DNA of 61,731 bases, counting the filler, from Candidatus Babelota bacterium (GTDB lineage: Bacteria; JAGOBX01), in the NCBI GenBank assembly GCA_017999075.1. It is 9 parts of 9 records of this genome, joined end to end, with 100 filler letters (N's around TTAATTAATTAA, not from the genome) between each part and the next. Parts side by side here need not be neighbours in the genome. Positions count along the whole stretch, not along the records: positions 14,537 to 37,609 come from JAGOBX010000006.1; 8 more parts are not named here. The stretch is one strand, 5' to 3'. A model generated the notes under the pieces. The model had not been told where the DNA came from and ran no database searches. It worked only from the letters and a program-made list of their open reading frames with translations. The translations under genes and the position numbers were made by a program. Below, in pieces: positions 19,377 to 28,690 of this stretch. The first letter of the stretch is position 1. Each line of letters starts with the position of its first letter.

Positions 19377-21020
19377 ATGACAATATTAACTACAGAAAAT
19401 TTTGTACTGGAGAAACCCCAAAAATTGAAATGGACAATTGGTAAAAAACTCATATTATCTTTTGGTATAATATTGATATTGCTGATAGTGTTAAGTTTGT
19501 CGGTTTATAGCAAACTTCATTTTTTAAAACATACGGATGATGAAAAATGCGGCAGTTTAAACCAAAAAATTTTTTTAATAGAGAAAGAGATAGATCATCT
19601 TGACTGGGTAAATTCTCTTAATGAAGTTATTCAAAACAATACGAAATTTGAAAAAACCACAGATCCTAAAAAATGCAAATTCGGTGAATGGTATTATAAA
19701 TATATTGAATCCGATTCTTTTAAAAATTTGCCGGCCGAAGTCAAAGAATTATTTTTAAAAATAGAAGAACCCCATAAAAAATTACATGAAAGCGCAATAA
19801 CAGTAATAAATTCCACAGAAAAATTGAAGGTATTCAATAAAGAAACTAAAAAATATTTAACCGAAGTAAGAAGTTTGTTAAAAGAAACAGGTTCTCATTT
19901 TGATAAGATTAATATTGAAAAAGGGAAACATACTGAATCTGCGTTTAGGCAGACAATTATATTTTTACTTGGAATATCATTTGCAGCAATTGTCATAACA
20001 ATAATTATTACATATTTATTGATAAAAAACATAACTGTACCGCTAAGACTTGTTACGGATATGGCCAAAAAGATAAGTTCAGGGCAGCTTAATCAACATA
20101 AAATAAATATAAACACAACAGATGAATTAGCGTTGTTATCTGATGAATTTAATATAATGATAAATTCTCTTAAAGAACTTATAGGAAAAATTAAAGACAC
20201 TTCGAATGAAGTAAGCGGGTCTTCGACAGAATTATTATCTGCCACAAAGCAAATGTCCCAGGGAGCAAGAATTCAAAATGAAAAAATTCAGGAAATAACT
20301 TCAAGTGTGGTAGAAATGAGTTCTTCAATTCAACAGGTATCGAGTTCATCGAAAAATGCTGAAAAAGTTTCTGTTAATGCGGATAAAGACGTTAATGAAG
20401 GAGTGGAAATAGTTCAGGGAACAATACTTGGGCTGCAGGATATAACTGTAAAAATGGAAGAAGTTTCTGAAAAAATGAGGGATTTGGGAAATGCGAGTAA
20501 GGAAATAGGGAAAATAGTTAATGCAATAAGCGCAATAAGCGAGCAGACAAACTTGCTTGCATTAAATGCAGCTATTGAAGCTGCGCGTGCAGGCGAGCAT
20601 GGAAAAGGTTTTGCCGTAGTAGCTGATGAAGTTAGAAAACTTGCTGAACGCAGCCAGACAAGCGCAAAAGAAATTTCTGAAATAATAGAAAAAATTCAGG
20701 AAGGGATAACTGTTGCAGTATCATCTATGGAACAATCCAATGAAAGCGCTAAAAACGGAGTCAATTACGCAAATAAACTGAACAACACATTTCAAAAAAT
20801 TCAGGAGTCAATATCAAATACAAAACGAAGTATAGATGAAATAGTAGTAGCTTTAACTCAACAGGCGCGTGCCAGCGATAATATTTCCGTTTCAATAGAA
20901 TCAGTGGGAAATGTTGTAAAAGAAACAGCAGCAGCATCTACTCAACTTGTAAATCAGGGTGAACAGCTTATGCTTATAACCAAAAATTTGAATTATGTAA
21001 CAAGCAAGTTTGAATTGTAA
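19377..21020 (+). CDS. Methyl-accepting chemotaxis protein with extracytoplasmic CZB domain and HAMP
   Basis: TM1; [26 protein letters not shown]2; [51 protein letters not shown]. Confidence 0.93.
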   Translation: MTILTTENFVLEKPQKLKWTIGKKLILSFGIILILLIVLSLSVYSKLHFLKHTDDEKCGSLNQKIFLIEKEIDHLDWVNSLNEVIQNNTKFEKTTDPKKCKFGEWYYKYIESDSFKNLPAEVKELFLKIEEPHKKLHESAITVINSTEKLKVFNKETKKYLTEVRSLLKETGSHFDKINIEKGKHTESAFRQTIIFLLGISFAAIVITIIITYLLIKNITVPLRLVTDMAKKISSGQLNQHKININTTDELALLSDEFNIMINSLKELIGKIKDTSNEVSGSSTELLSATKQMSQGARIQNEKIQEITSSVVEMSSSIQQVSSSSKNAEKVSVNADKDVNEGVEIVQGTILGLQDITVKMEEVSEKMRDLGNASKEIGKIVNAISAISEQTNLLALNAAIEAARAGEHGKGFAVVADEVRKLAERSQTSAKEISEIIEKIQEGITVAVSSMEQSNESAKNGVNYANKLNNTFQKIQESISNTKRSIDEIVVALTQQARASDNISVSIESVGNVVKETAAASTQLVNQGEQLMLITKNLNYVTSKFEL

Positions 21021-21126
21021 AATTATAGAATGAAATGTAAAAATTTTGTATTAAGAAAGCCTGAAAATGATTTGTTGTTAAATTTTGTTATACTATTAAA
21101 TTAGGGAAAATAATAATTCGGATAGA

Positions 21127-22848
21127 GTGATTTTTGTGAAAGAATTTATAAAAAAAATCTGCGCCATAATAACAGAACAAACAGGAATAGATATTGGGTT
21201 TAACAGATACCATATTTTAAATTATTATATTGAGAACAGATTAAAAAAATTAGAATTAAGGAACGTTTATGATTTTATAAATCTGCTTTTTGACAAGACA
21301 AATGGGGAATTGGATAAATTAATAGAAACAATAACAGTTAACGAAACATTTTTTTTTAGACATTATGAGCAATTTTTGTTATTTAAAGATTTATTGTTAG
21401 AACAGGCAAAAGCAAAACCTTTTGAGACAATAAAAATATGGTCAGCAGGATGCTCTATGGGAGCAGAACCTTATTCAATTGCTATAATAGCAAAAGAAAT
21501 AAAGGATTTATATGGAATAAACATAAAAATACTGGCGACAGATATTGATAAAGAAGTGCTGGAAATAGCAAAGTCAGGAATATTTTCTGAGAGAGCGGTA
21601 AGCGCGGAAATGCCAGGATTTTATAAAAATTTATATTTTACTCCAACAAATTGCAATAATTATAAGATTAAAAATGAAATTGCTGGCTCTGTAAATTTTA
21701 TGCAGCATAATTTATGGAAAGACGTAATGCCTGATAATATGGATTATATTTTTTGCAGAAACGTATTATTTTATTTTAGAGATTCAAAGCAGATAAAATC
21801 ACAGTTGAAATTATATAATTCGCTTAAAAATGGGGGGCATTTGTTTTTATCTCCAACTGAGAGTTTGATGGATTTTTCAGAATATTTTATTGAAACCAAA
21901 AGCAAAACAGGAATAAAATCATATAAAAAATGGACAACAGACAGAAGAATAAATGAAAAAAAAGAAGAATTGCCTAATTTTATTATAGAACAACGCAGAC
22001 CTATAGAGAATTATCCATTACCAAAAATTTTTGTTGGTCAAAATAATACTATTTTTATTAATGGAATAATAAAAAATAAAGAAAGAATAAATTTACTTGC
22101 TGAAGAATTATATTTTGCATTAGGTAAGATATCGTCATGTTCACCAACCTGCAACGGAACAGTGTATTTTTCTTTGAATTTTGATGCAGTTCGGTGGCTG
22201 TCAAACGATTCGATAAAAAGGATAAAAGATATTATTAGTTCTGTAAAATTGAAAAATATGAAATTGGAAAATATAATATGCGCGAATCCTAAACTTAATG
22301 AATGGCTGAACGTATCGGGATTATATAGTTTTTCTATTCAGCGATCATGTTCAGTTAGTAAAAAAAATGAAAATTTTAAACAGGTTAAACAACCGGTATT
22401 AAAAAATAATGATAAAATAGAATTTTTTTTAAATAAAAGTGGCGGACAATCGGAAACCGAACAGCAATCAGAAAAACATTTAAAAAAAAAATATCAACCG
22501 CAGAGAGAATTAAATGAAAATAATGAATCAAATAAAATTGCTATGTCTTATTCATCTCAAAATATAAAAAATGGACAAAAACTCAGAATTAAATATATTA
22601 CTATGGAAAAAGATTGTGATGTTGAGCAATATAAAATTGATTTGCTTGAATCATTGGTGTCAAACAAGGAAATAGAAATTGATCTGACAGAATTGGTTGA
22701 AATAAATCCTAAATTTTTTTTAGTTCAGAAGAGATTTTTAAATGTTTTGAATGACAATCATAAAATATTGTTCAAAATTGGCAGAAATCAGGATTTGCTG
22801 AACTGGATAAAATCAAGCAACATGGAAAGCAAATTTTATAAAATATAA
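21127..22848 (+). CDS. cheR: Chemotaxis methyltransferase with ~300-aa C-terminal extension (two STAS-like segments)
   Basis: TVNETFFFR, IWSAGCSMGAEPYS, ATDID, IFCRNVLFYF; extension contains LNFDAVRWLS and IEIDLTELVEIN. Confidence 0.88.
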   Translation: MIFVKEFIKKICAIITEQTGIDIGFNRYHILNYYIENRLKKLELRNVYDFINLLFDKTNGELDKLIETITVNETFFFRHYEQFLLFKDLLLEQAKAKPFETIKIWSAGCSMGAEPYSIAIIAKEIKDLYGINIKILATDIDKEVLEIAKSGIFSERAVSAEMPGFYKNLYFTPTNCNNYKIKNEIAGSVNFMQHNLWKDVMPDNMDYIFCRNVLFYFRDSKQIKSQLKLYNSLKNGGHLFLSPTESLMDFSEYFIETKSKTGIKSYKKWTTDRRINEKKEELPNFIIEQRRPIENYPLPKIFVGQNNTIFINGIIKNKERINLLAEELYFALGKISSCSPTCNGTVYFSLNFDAVRWLSNDSIKRIKDIISSVKLKNMKLENIICANPKLNEWLNVSGLYSFSIQRSCSVSKKNENFKQVKQPVLKNNDKIEFFLNKSGGQSETEQQSEKHLKKKYQPQRELNENNESNKIAMSYSSQNIKNGQKLRIKYITMEKDCDVEQYKIDLLESLVSNKEIEIDLTELVEINPKFFLVQKRFLNVLNDNHKILFKIGRNQDLLNWIKSSNMESKFYKI

Positions 22849-22917
22849 ATATATATTCCATAAGAACAGTATAGTTTGTATTTTTTCATATATTATTGAT
22901 AAAATACGGAGTGGCAA

Positions 22918-25461
22918 ATGTCGTTGAAAGAATTATTAATAAAAATCGGGTCAATAGATAAAGAAAGAATATTGAATGATCCGGAATATAAAATTGAAAT
23001 TTCGAATTTGTTGAAAGAATTAAATTTGAAAATTTCGTTATATCCGCGTTTATCTGAATTTTTTAACTATATGTCAATAATTGTAAAATCGGATGATTCG
23101 TTTAAAATGGACTTATTTATGGAATCATATTCGGATTTAATAAGAATATATGGAAAACAAAAGGATTTTAGTATTGAAACTGATAAAGAGTTTGAGATGT
23201 TGAACCAAAAACTCGCGTTGTTTTCCGAAGATGCGCTGCCCGGAGAATTATTTGAGAAAGAAGCAGAAACAGATGAAAATGCCGAATCTTTTGATTACAG
23301 CGAACTTGAATTGACTATGCAGGATTTTATTGACGAGATGGAAATAATGATTAGTCATCTTGAAAATGACATATTGAATCTTGAATCAGCAGAACCTGTT
23401 AAAATAAATACTATATTCAGGTGTCTGCATACTATTAAAGGCGCAGTTGGCATGGTTAAGCTTGTAAATGCTCAGCGTCTTGCGCACATAGCTGAAAATT
23501 TGTTTGATAAAATAAGATCAAATAGAATTAAACCTAATCAGAATTTTGAAGACGTATTTTTAGAATGTGTTGATAGATTCAAAAATATATTATCTAAAGT
23601 TAAGCGCAGGGAAAATCCTTTTATAAATGTAGATGATTTAATTGAAAAACTACAGTATCTGGAACAATCAGGCGGTGAGTTACCTGATTTTATTGAGGTT
23701 AAGAATAAAGAAGAAAGTAAGACTGAAAAATCTTTGTCTCCCAATCAGGAGAAAGATAATGAAAGTATGTCATTGAGAGTGGATATAACCAAACTTGATA
23801 ATGTAATGAATCAGATGGGAGAATTGATAATAGAAAAAATAAAACTTGAACAACAGTTTATATGCAGTAAAAATTTTATGATTGAATTGAGAAACATAAA
23901 AAATGAGTTCAATAAAAAAAAAATAAATGATATTTTGCGAAAAGAAATTACATTGGGATTTATTGAAAAATTCGAGAAATTTCATAATAATTTTTCAAAT
24001 GTGATAGATGAAATCAGCAGAACTACCATGAATATGCAGGACAGCGTTATGAAAATAAGACTTGTTCCATTATCGACAATTTTTAACAGATTTCCGCGGC
24101 TTATGAAAGATATAAGTAAAAAGGTTAAAAAAGAAATTGATTTTCAAATAATTGGAGCTGAAACCGAAATTGATAAGGGAATATGTGAAATGCTTTTTAA
24201 TCCGCTTCTTCATATATTGAGAAACAGTATAGATCATGGTATTGAAGATGCTAAAGAAGAACGTATAAGAAAAGGTAAGAACAGTGCTGGAAAAATTATT
24301 ATAAAAGCATACTACAGAAGCGATAAGGTTGTTATAGATATAATAGACGACGGCGCAGGAATAGATGAGGATAAAGTTGTTGCTAAAGCTGTTGAAAAAA
24401 ATATTATCAGCGCGGATGATGTTAAAACGTTAGATAAAAAGAGCAAATTGATGATGATATTTCAACCCGGATTTTCAACTGCAAAAAAAGTTACTGATTT
24501 ATCCGGACGCGGAGTAGGTATGGATGTAGTTCGCTCAACTATTGAAAAACTTAAAGGAACCGTGGATATAATTACTGAAAAAGGAATAGGTACTACTATG
24601 TCGTTAAGTTTGCCGTTAACGCTTGCTATAGTAAGAATACTTATATTCAGTGTCAAATCGGATGTTTTGGCTGTTCCTGTTTATAATGTACGCGAAACTG
24701 TGCAGATATCATCTGAAGATATTCATGAAGCTAATGGAAAACCTGTAATAAATCTTCGAGGGGAAATGATACCATTGATTTATTTATCCGATGTTCTTGG
24801 AATAAATGGATTTACAATTTCCGAAAATGTTTCTGTGATAATAGTTGAAGTAATGGATAGGCAATACGGATTAATAGTAAGCAAGTTTGTTGAAAACAGG
24901 GAAGTTGTTATCAAAAATATAGGCAATTTATTGAAAAAAGTGCCGTTTATATCAGGAACTGCAATACTTGGAGACGGGGAGATAATACCTATACTTGACA
25001 CTGTTGCAGTAATGAACTATGCCAAACATCAAAATAAAAAAACATCAGTGTCTTCAAAAATTTCTGCGCATAAACTAATGTCTAAAAAAAATAAAAAAAG
25101 AGTGCTTGTTGTTGAAGACAGCAAGATGTATTCTAATCAGATTGCTGAAATACTTATAGGTTTAGGGTATGAAGTTGATATAGCTGAAAATGGAGAAGCA
25201 GGATTAAAAAAACTGAAATTGAAAAAATTTGATTTAATAAGTTCTGATATAATAATGCCGGTTATGGACGGATATGAGTTTGTCAAAAGATTAAGGAAAA
25301 TGAAAGAATATGAACTTACACCTGTTATAGGATTAACCAGCATGAAAGAAAAAGTGGATAAAATAAAAGGGTTTGAATCAGGTATGGACGAATACCTTAA
25401 TAAACCTATAGATATAGACGAATATATAAGAGTAATAAAAAAAATGCTGGAAACAGCTTGA
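22918..25461 (+). CDS. cheA: Chemotaxis histidine kinase: N-terminal extension, Hpt, dimerisation, HATPase, CheW, REC
   Basis: IFRCLHTIKG, LRVDITKLD, HILRNSIDHGIE, SGRGVGMDVV, LPLTLA, C-terminal VLVVEDS..SDIIMPVMDG..KP. Confidence 0.95.
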   Translation: MSLKELLIKIGSIDKERILNDPEYKIEISNLLKELNLKISLYPRLSEFFNYMSIIVKSDDSFKMDLFMESYSDLIRIYGKQKDFSIETDKEFEMLNQKLALFSEDALPGELFEKEAETDENAESFDYSELELTMQDFIDEMEIMISHLENDILNLESAEPVKINTIFRCLHTIKGAVGMVKLVNAQRLAHIAENLFDKIRSNRIKPNQNFEDVFLECVDRFKNILSKVKRRENPFINVDDLIEKLQYLEQSGGELPDFIEVKNKEESKTEKSLSPNQEKDNESMSLRVDITKLDNVMNQMGELIIEKIKLEQQFICSKNFMIELRNIKNEFNKKKINDILRKEITLGFIEKFEKFHNNFSNVIDEISRTTMNMQDSVMKIRLVPLSTIFNRFPRLMKDISKKVKKEIDFQIIGAETEIDKGICEMLFNPLLHILRNSIDHGIEDAKEERIRKGKNSAGKIIIKAYYRSDKVVIDIIDDGAGIDEDKVVAKAVEKNIISADDVKTLDKKSKLMMIFQPGFSTAKKVTDLSGRGVGMDVVRSTIEKLKGTVDIITEKGIGTTMSLSLPLTLAIVRILIFSVKSDVLAVPVYNVRETVQISSEDIHEANGKPVINLRGEMIPLIYLSDVLGINGFTISENVSVIIVEVMDRQYGLIVSKFVENREVVIKNIGNLLKKVPFISGTAILGDGEIIPILDTVAVMNYAKHQNKKTSVSSKISAHKLMSKKNKKRVLVVEDSKMYSNQIAEILIGLGYEVDIAENGEAGLKKLKLKKFDLISSDIIMPVMDGYEFVKRLRKMKEYELTPVIGLTSMKEKVDKIKGFESGMDEYLNKPIDIDEYIRVIKKMLETA

Positions 25462-25491
25462 AAATATTAAAAAATTAATGGGATAAATTTT

Positions 25492-26016
25492 ATGGTTATA
25501 GATTTATTTGAGAATCATAAAAACAAACGTTTGATTTATGATGATAAACCTGAAAAAAAAATTATAGGGATAGTTACGTTTGAACTGGATGATGAAATAA
25601 TAGGAATAGAATTGCAATATATACTTGAAATAATAAATATTAGCAATATAACCCGATTATATAAAATTCCGGAATACCTTGTTGGAATAACAAATCTGAG
25701 AGGGCAGATAAAACCTGTAATAGATTTGAAAAAGTTTTTAAATATTGATAATGGATATATTGCGGAAAACGCGATTCAGGAAAAAAAAGGGTTATTATTG
25801 AGTTTTGAAAATTTGGATGCAATAGTTATGGTTGACAACATAAATAAAGTTGAATGGATTTCTGAAGACGATTTGCGCGAACCTCCGGATACTGCTTCCG
25901 ATATTTTAAAAGAATTTACAACTTATCTTGTGTGCACTAAAAGTAAACCGATAGTAGTAATATCAGGACAAAAAATATTAACATCGGATTTATGGAATCA
26001 ATATAGAGAAGAATAA
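25492..26016 (+). CDS. cheW: Chemotaxis coupling protein
   Basis: IPEYLVGITNLRGQIKPVIDL. Confidence 0.92.
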   Translation: MVIDLFENHKNKRLIYDDKPEKKIIGIVTFELDDEIIGIELQYILEIINISNITRLYKIPEYLVGITNLRGQIKPVIDLKKFLNIDNGYIAENAIQEKKGLLLSFENLDAIVMVDNINKVEWISEDDLREPPDTASDILKEFTTYLVCTKSKPIVVISGQKILTSDLWNQYREE

Positions 26017-26083
26017 AAGTTATTTGAAAATATTTTTTTATTAAATTTCAGAATTAAATAGTCTAAGTGTAAAATAAAAAATA

Positions 26084-26986
26084 ATGAAGGTAATAAAGTT
26101 AAGTTTACTGGTATTTATTTGTTTGGCATTGTGCTGTGAACGCTCGCCCGAAAATAATTGGCCTAAATACAAAACTTCGCCATCTGTTTCGGAGAAAGTC
26201 TATTGTTTTGCAGTGCATCCTCTTCATAATCCTGCTAAACTTACGGCAGTATATCAACCTCTTATGGATTATTTGAATAAAAAGTTTGTAGATGTAAGAT
26301 TTGAATTGGAATCGTCCCGCGATTATGCTAATTTTGAGGGAAAAATAAAGGCGCGGAAACCTGAATTTATTTTGCCTAACCCGTGGCAGACGCTGGAAGC
26401 AATGAAAGTAGGATATAAAGTTATAGCAATGGCAGGGGACAAGAATGATTTTAAAGGTATTTTTATTGTTCGTAAGAATAGCGGAATTAAGGAACCTGCG
26501 GATTTGAAAGGAAAATCTGTTAGTTATCCATCGCCAACAGCATTAGCCGCTTGTATTATGCCGCAATATTTTTTATATCTGCATGGTATAAATGTTATGA
26601 AAGAAATTAAAAATGTTTATGTTGGCTCTCAGGAATCTTCAATAATGAATGTATATTTGAATAAAACTGCGGCTGGCGCTACATGGCCGCCGCCATGGCG
26701 CGCTTTTCAGAAAACCAATCCCAAAGAAGCTTCTGAAATGTATGTAATATGGGAAACACCGTATTTAATAAATAATTCTGTAATGGCAAAAGGCGATATT
26801 CCTATAAAAATTATTGATCAATTATGCTCATTTTTGTTTCAGCTTAGAGACACTCAGGAAGGTAGAAAAATATTATCTGATATGGAAACAGCAGGTTTTT
26901 ATGCTGCAACAGACAATGATTATGATATAGTTAAAAGTTATATTATTGAATTTGAAAAAAAAGTGCGCAAAGTAATAAACAAATGA
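26084..26986 (+). CDS. PhnD-like extracytoplasmic substrate-binding protein, sensor-associated
   Basis: Signal peptide with Cys; FAVHPLHNP, FKGIFIVRK, DLKGKSVSYP, GSQESS; overlaps the downstream kinase start. Confidence 0.8.
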   Translation: MKVIKLSLLVFICLALCCERSPENNWPKYKTSPSVSEKVYCFAVHPLHNPAKLTAVYQPLMDYLNKKFVDVRFELESSRDYANFEGKIKARKPEFILPNPWQTLEAMKVGYKVIAMAGDKNDFKGIFIVRKNSGIKEPADLKGKSVSYPSPTALAACIMPQYFLYLHGINVMKEIKNVYVGSQESSIMNVYLNKTAAGATWPPPWRAFQKTNPKEASEMYVIWETPYLINNSVMAKGDIPIKIIDQLCSFLFQLRDTQEGRKILSDMETAGFYAATDNDYDIVKSYIIEFEKKVRKVINK

Positions 26987-28494
26987 TATTAAAAAAACTG
27001 GGACGCATATTTTTTGGTACGCTGCGGCGTCAGCTTATTTTTGGAATTGCTGTTGTTCATGCTGTTTTAATGACATTATTCATATATGATTTGATCCAGA
27101 GGCAGTATTTTTTTATTGTTGAAAGGCAGACGGAGCAGGCAATAGGAATGGCGCAATCCTTAGCCACTTCGTGTGCTGGGTGGCTTAGCTCTGATGATGT
27201 TTCAGGGCTGCAGGAACTTGTTGAAATTCAGCGTAAATTTCCTGAACTGATTTTTGCATTTTTAACTGATAGGCAGGGAAAAGTTTTAGCTCATACGAGC
27301 AAGGCGTATATCGGTTTATATATGAGTGATTTTCCGAAACAGCAGGAACAAACTATAATGAATAAGAGTTCGGAATTAATTGATGTTATTGTGCCGGTAA
27401 AACTTGCAGGACATTTTGTAGGATGGACTCGGATAGGAATCGGATTACATTCTACTAAACTTAAACTTTTTGAAATAATGAAGGACGGATTTTTTTATGC
27501 TATAGGAGCAGTCCTTATAGGTTCATTACTGGCATGGTTTATGGGAAATAAAATTACTCGTCGTCTGTATGTTATTAAATCTGTAATGGATCAGGTAAAA
27601 AAAGGAGACCATACTGCCAGGTCATTGTTAAAAGGTTCTGATGAAGCAGCTCAGATTTCATTTGATTTAAATAATATGCTCGATATACTTGTTCTAAATG
27701 AAAAAGAATTAATTAACGCTAAAGAAGTTTTAAAAAAATTGAATGAAACTCTTGAAGAGCGGGTTAGAGAAGAAATTCAAAAAAATATAAGCCAGAATCA
27801 GATACTTATCCATCAATCGCGTCTTGCTGCGATGGGAGAAATGATCAGGAATATTGCCCATCAATGGAGACAACCGTTAAATGCATTGAGCGTTATATTG
27901 GCAAATATTAAGGATTCTTCTGATTTTGACGAACTTGATAAAAAAAAACTTGATGATTCGTTACAGAAAGCAGAACAGTTTATTCAAGGAATGTCTGTAA
28001 CAATTGATGATTTCAGAAATTATTTTAAACCAAACAAAGAAAAACAAAATTTTGATGTTATGGAAGCTTCTAATCGAGCTGTAAAGATAATGATTCCTTC
28101 ATTTTTGAGGCATAACATAAAAATAGATTACGAATTGAAAACTGAAAAATATCAAGTGTTGGGATATTCAAATGAGTTTTCTCAAGTTATGGTTGTTGTA
28201 TTGACTAATGCCAAGGATGCGATTGTCAAGAATCAATATGAAGGCGAAATAAAAATAAAAGTTGAAAGCGATGATAAAAATATTACTGTTTCAGTAATTG
28301 ACAATGGTGGAGGTATATCTCAGGAAATTTTTGATAAAATTTTTGAACCATATTTTTCTACAAAAGAAGTTGGAACAGGTATTGGATTATATATGGCCAG
28401 AGAGATAATGAATAATATGGGAGGCAGTATAAATATAAGTAATTTTAAAAATGGCGTTATTGTTAAATTAATGGCACCGAGAGCGGTTGAATAG
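26983..28494 (+). CDS. Membrane sensor histidine kinase (TM, sensor, TM, HAMP, HisKA, HATPase)
   Basis: IAHQWRQPLN, NAKDA, DNGGGI, FEPYFSTK, GTGIGL. Confidence 0.92.
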   Translation: MILKKLGRIFFGTLRRQLIFGIAVVHAVLMTLFIYDLIQRQYFFIVERQTEQAIGMAQSLATSCAGWLSSDDVSGLQELVEIQRKFPELIFAFLTDRQGKVLAHTSKAYIGLYMSDFPKQQEQTIMNKSSELIDVIVPVKLAGHFVGWTRIGIGLHSTKLKLFEIMKDGFFYAIGAVLIGSLLAWFMGNKITRRLYVIKSVMDQVKKGDHTARSLLKGSDEAAQISFDLNNMLDILVLNEKELINAKEVLKKLNETLEERVREEIQKNISQNQILIHQSRLAAMGEMIRNIAHQWRQPLNALSVILANIKDSSDFDELDKKKLDDSLQKAEQFIQGMSVTIDDFRNYFKPNKEKQNFDVMEASNRAVKIMIPSFLRHNIKIDYELKTEKYQVLGYSNEFSQVMVVVLTNAKDAIVKNQYEGEIKIKVESDDKNITVSVIDNGGGISQEIFDKIFEPYFSTKEVGTGIGLYMAREIMNNMGGSINISNFKNGVIVKLMAPRAVE

Positions 28495-28690
28495 AATGGA
28501 AAAATATTAAAATTAATCTGAGAATTGAAATAGAAAATTGAGAAATTATTAGGCGCACATAAATGGTATGTTCAGGCGATTTTTTAAATTTGTAAAAAAT
28601 TATTGTTTGATTTTTGGGATTATAGTTTTGTATATATAAATTAAATTTTGTATTTCTTTTTTTGATAATAATTAAAATTTTGGTGGCGGT

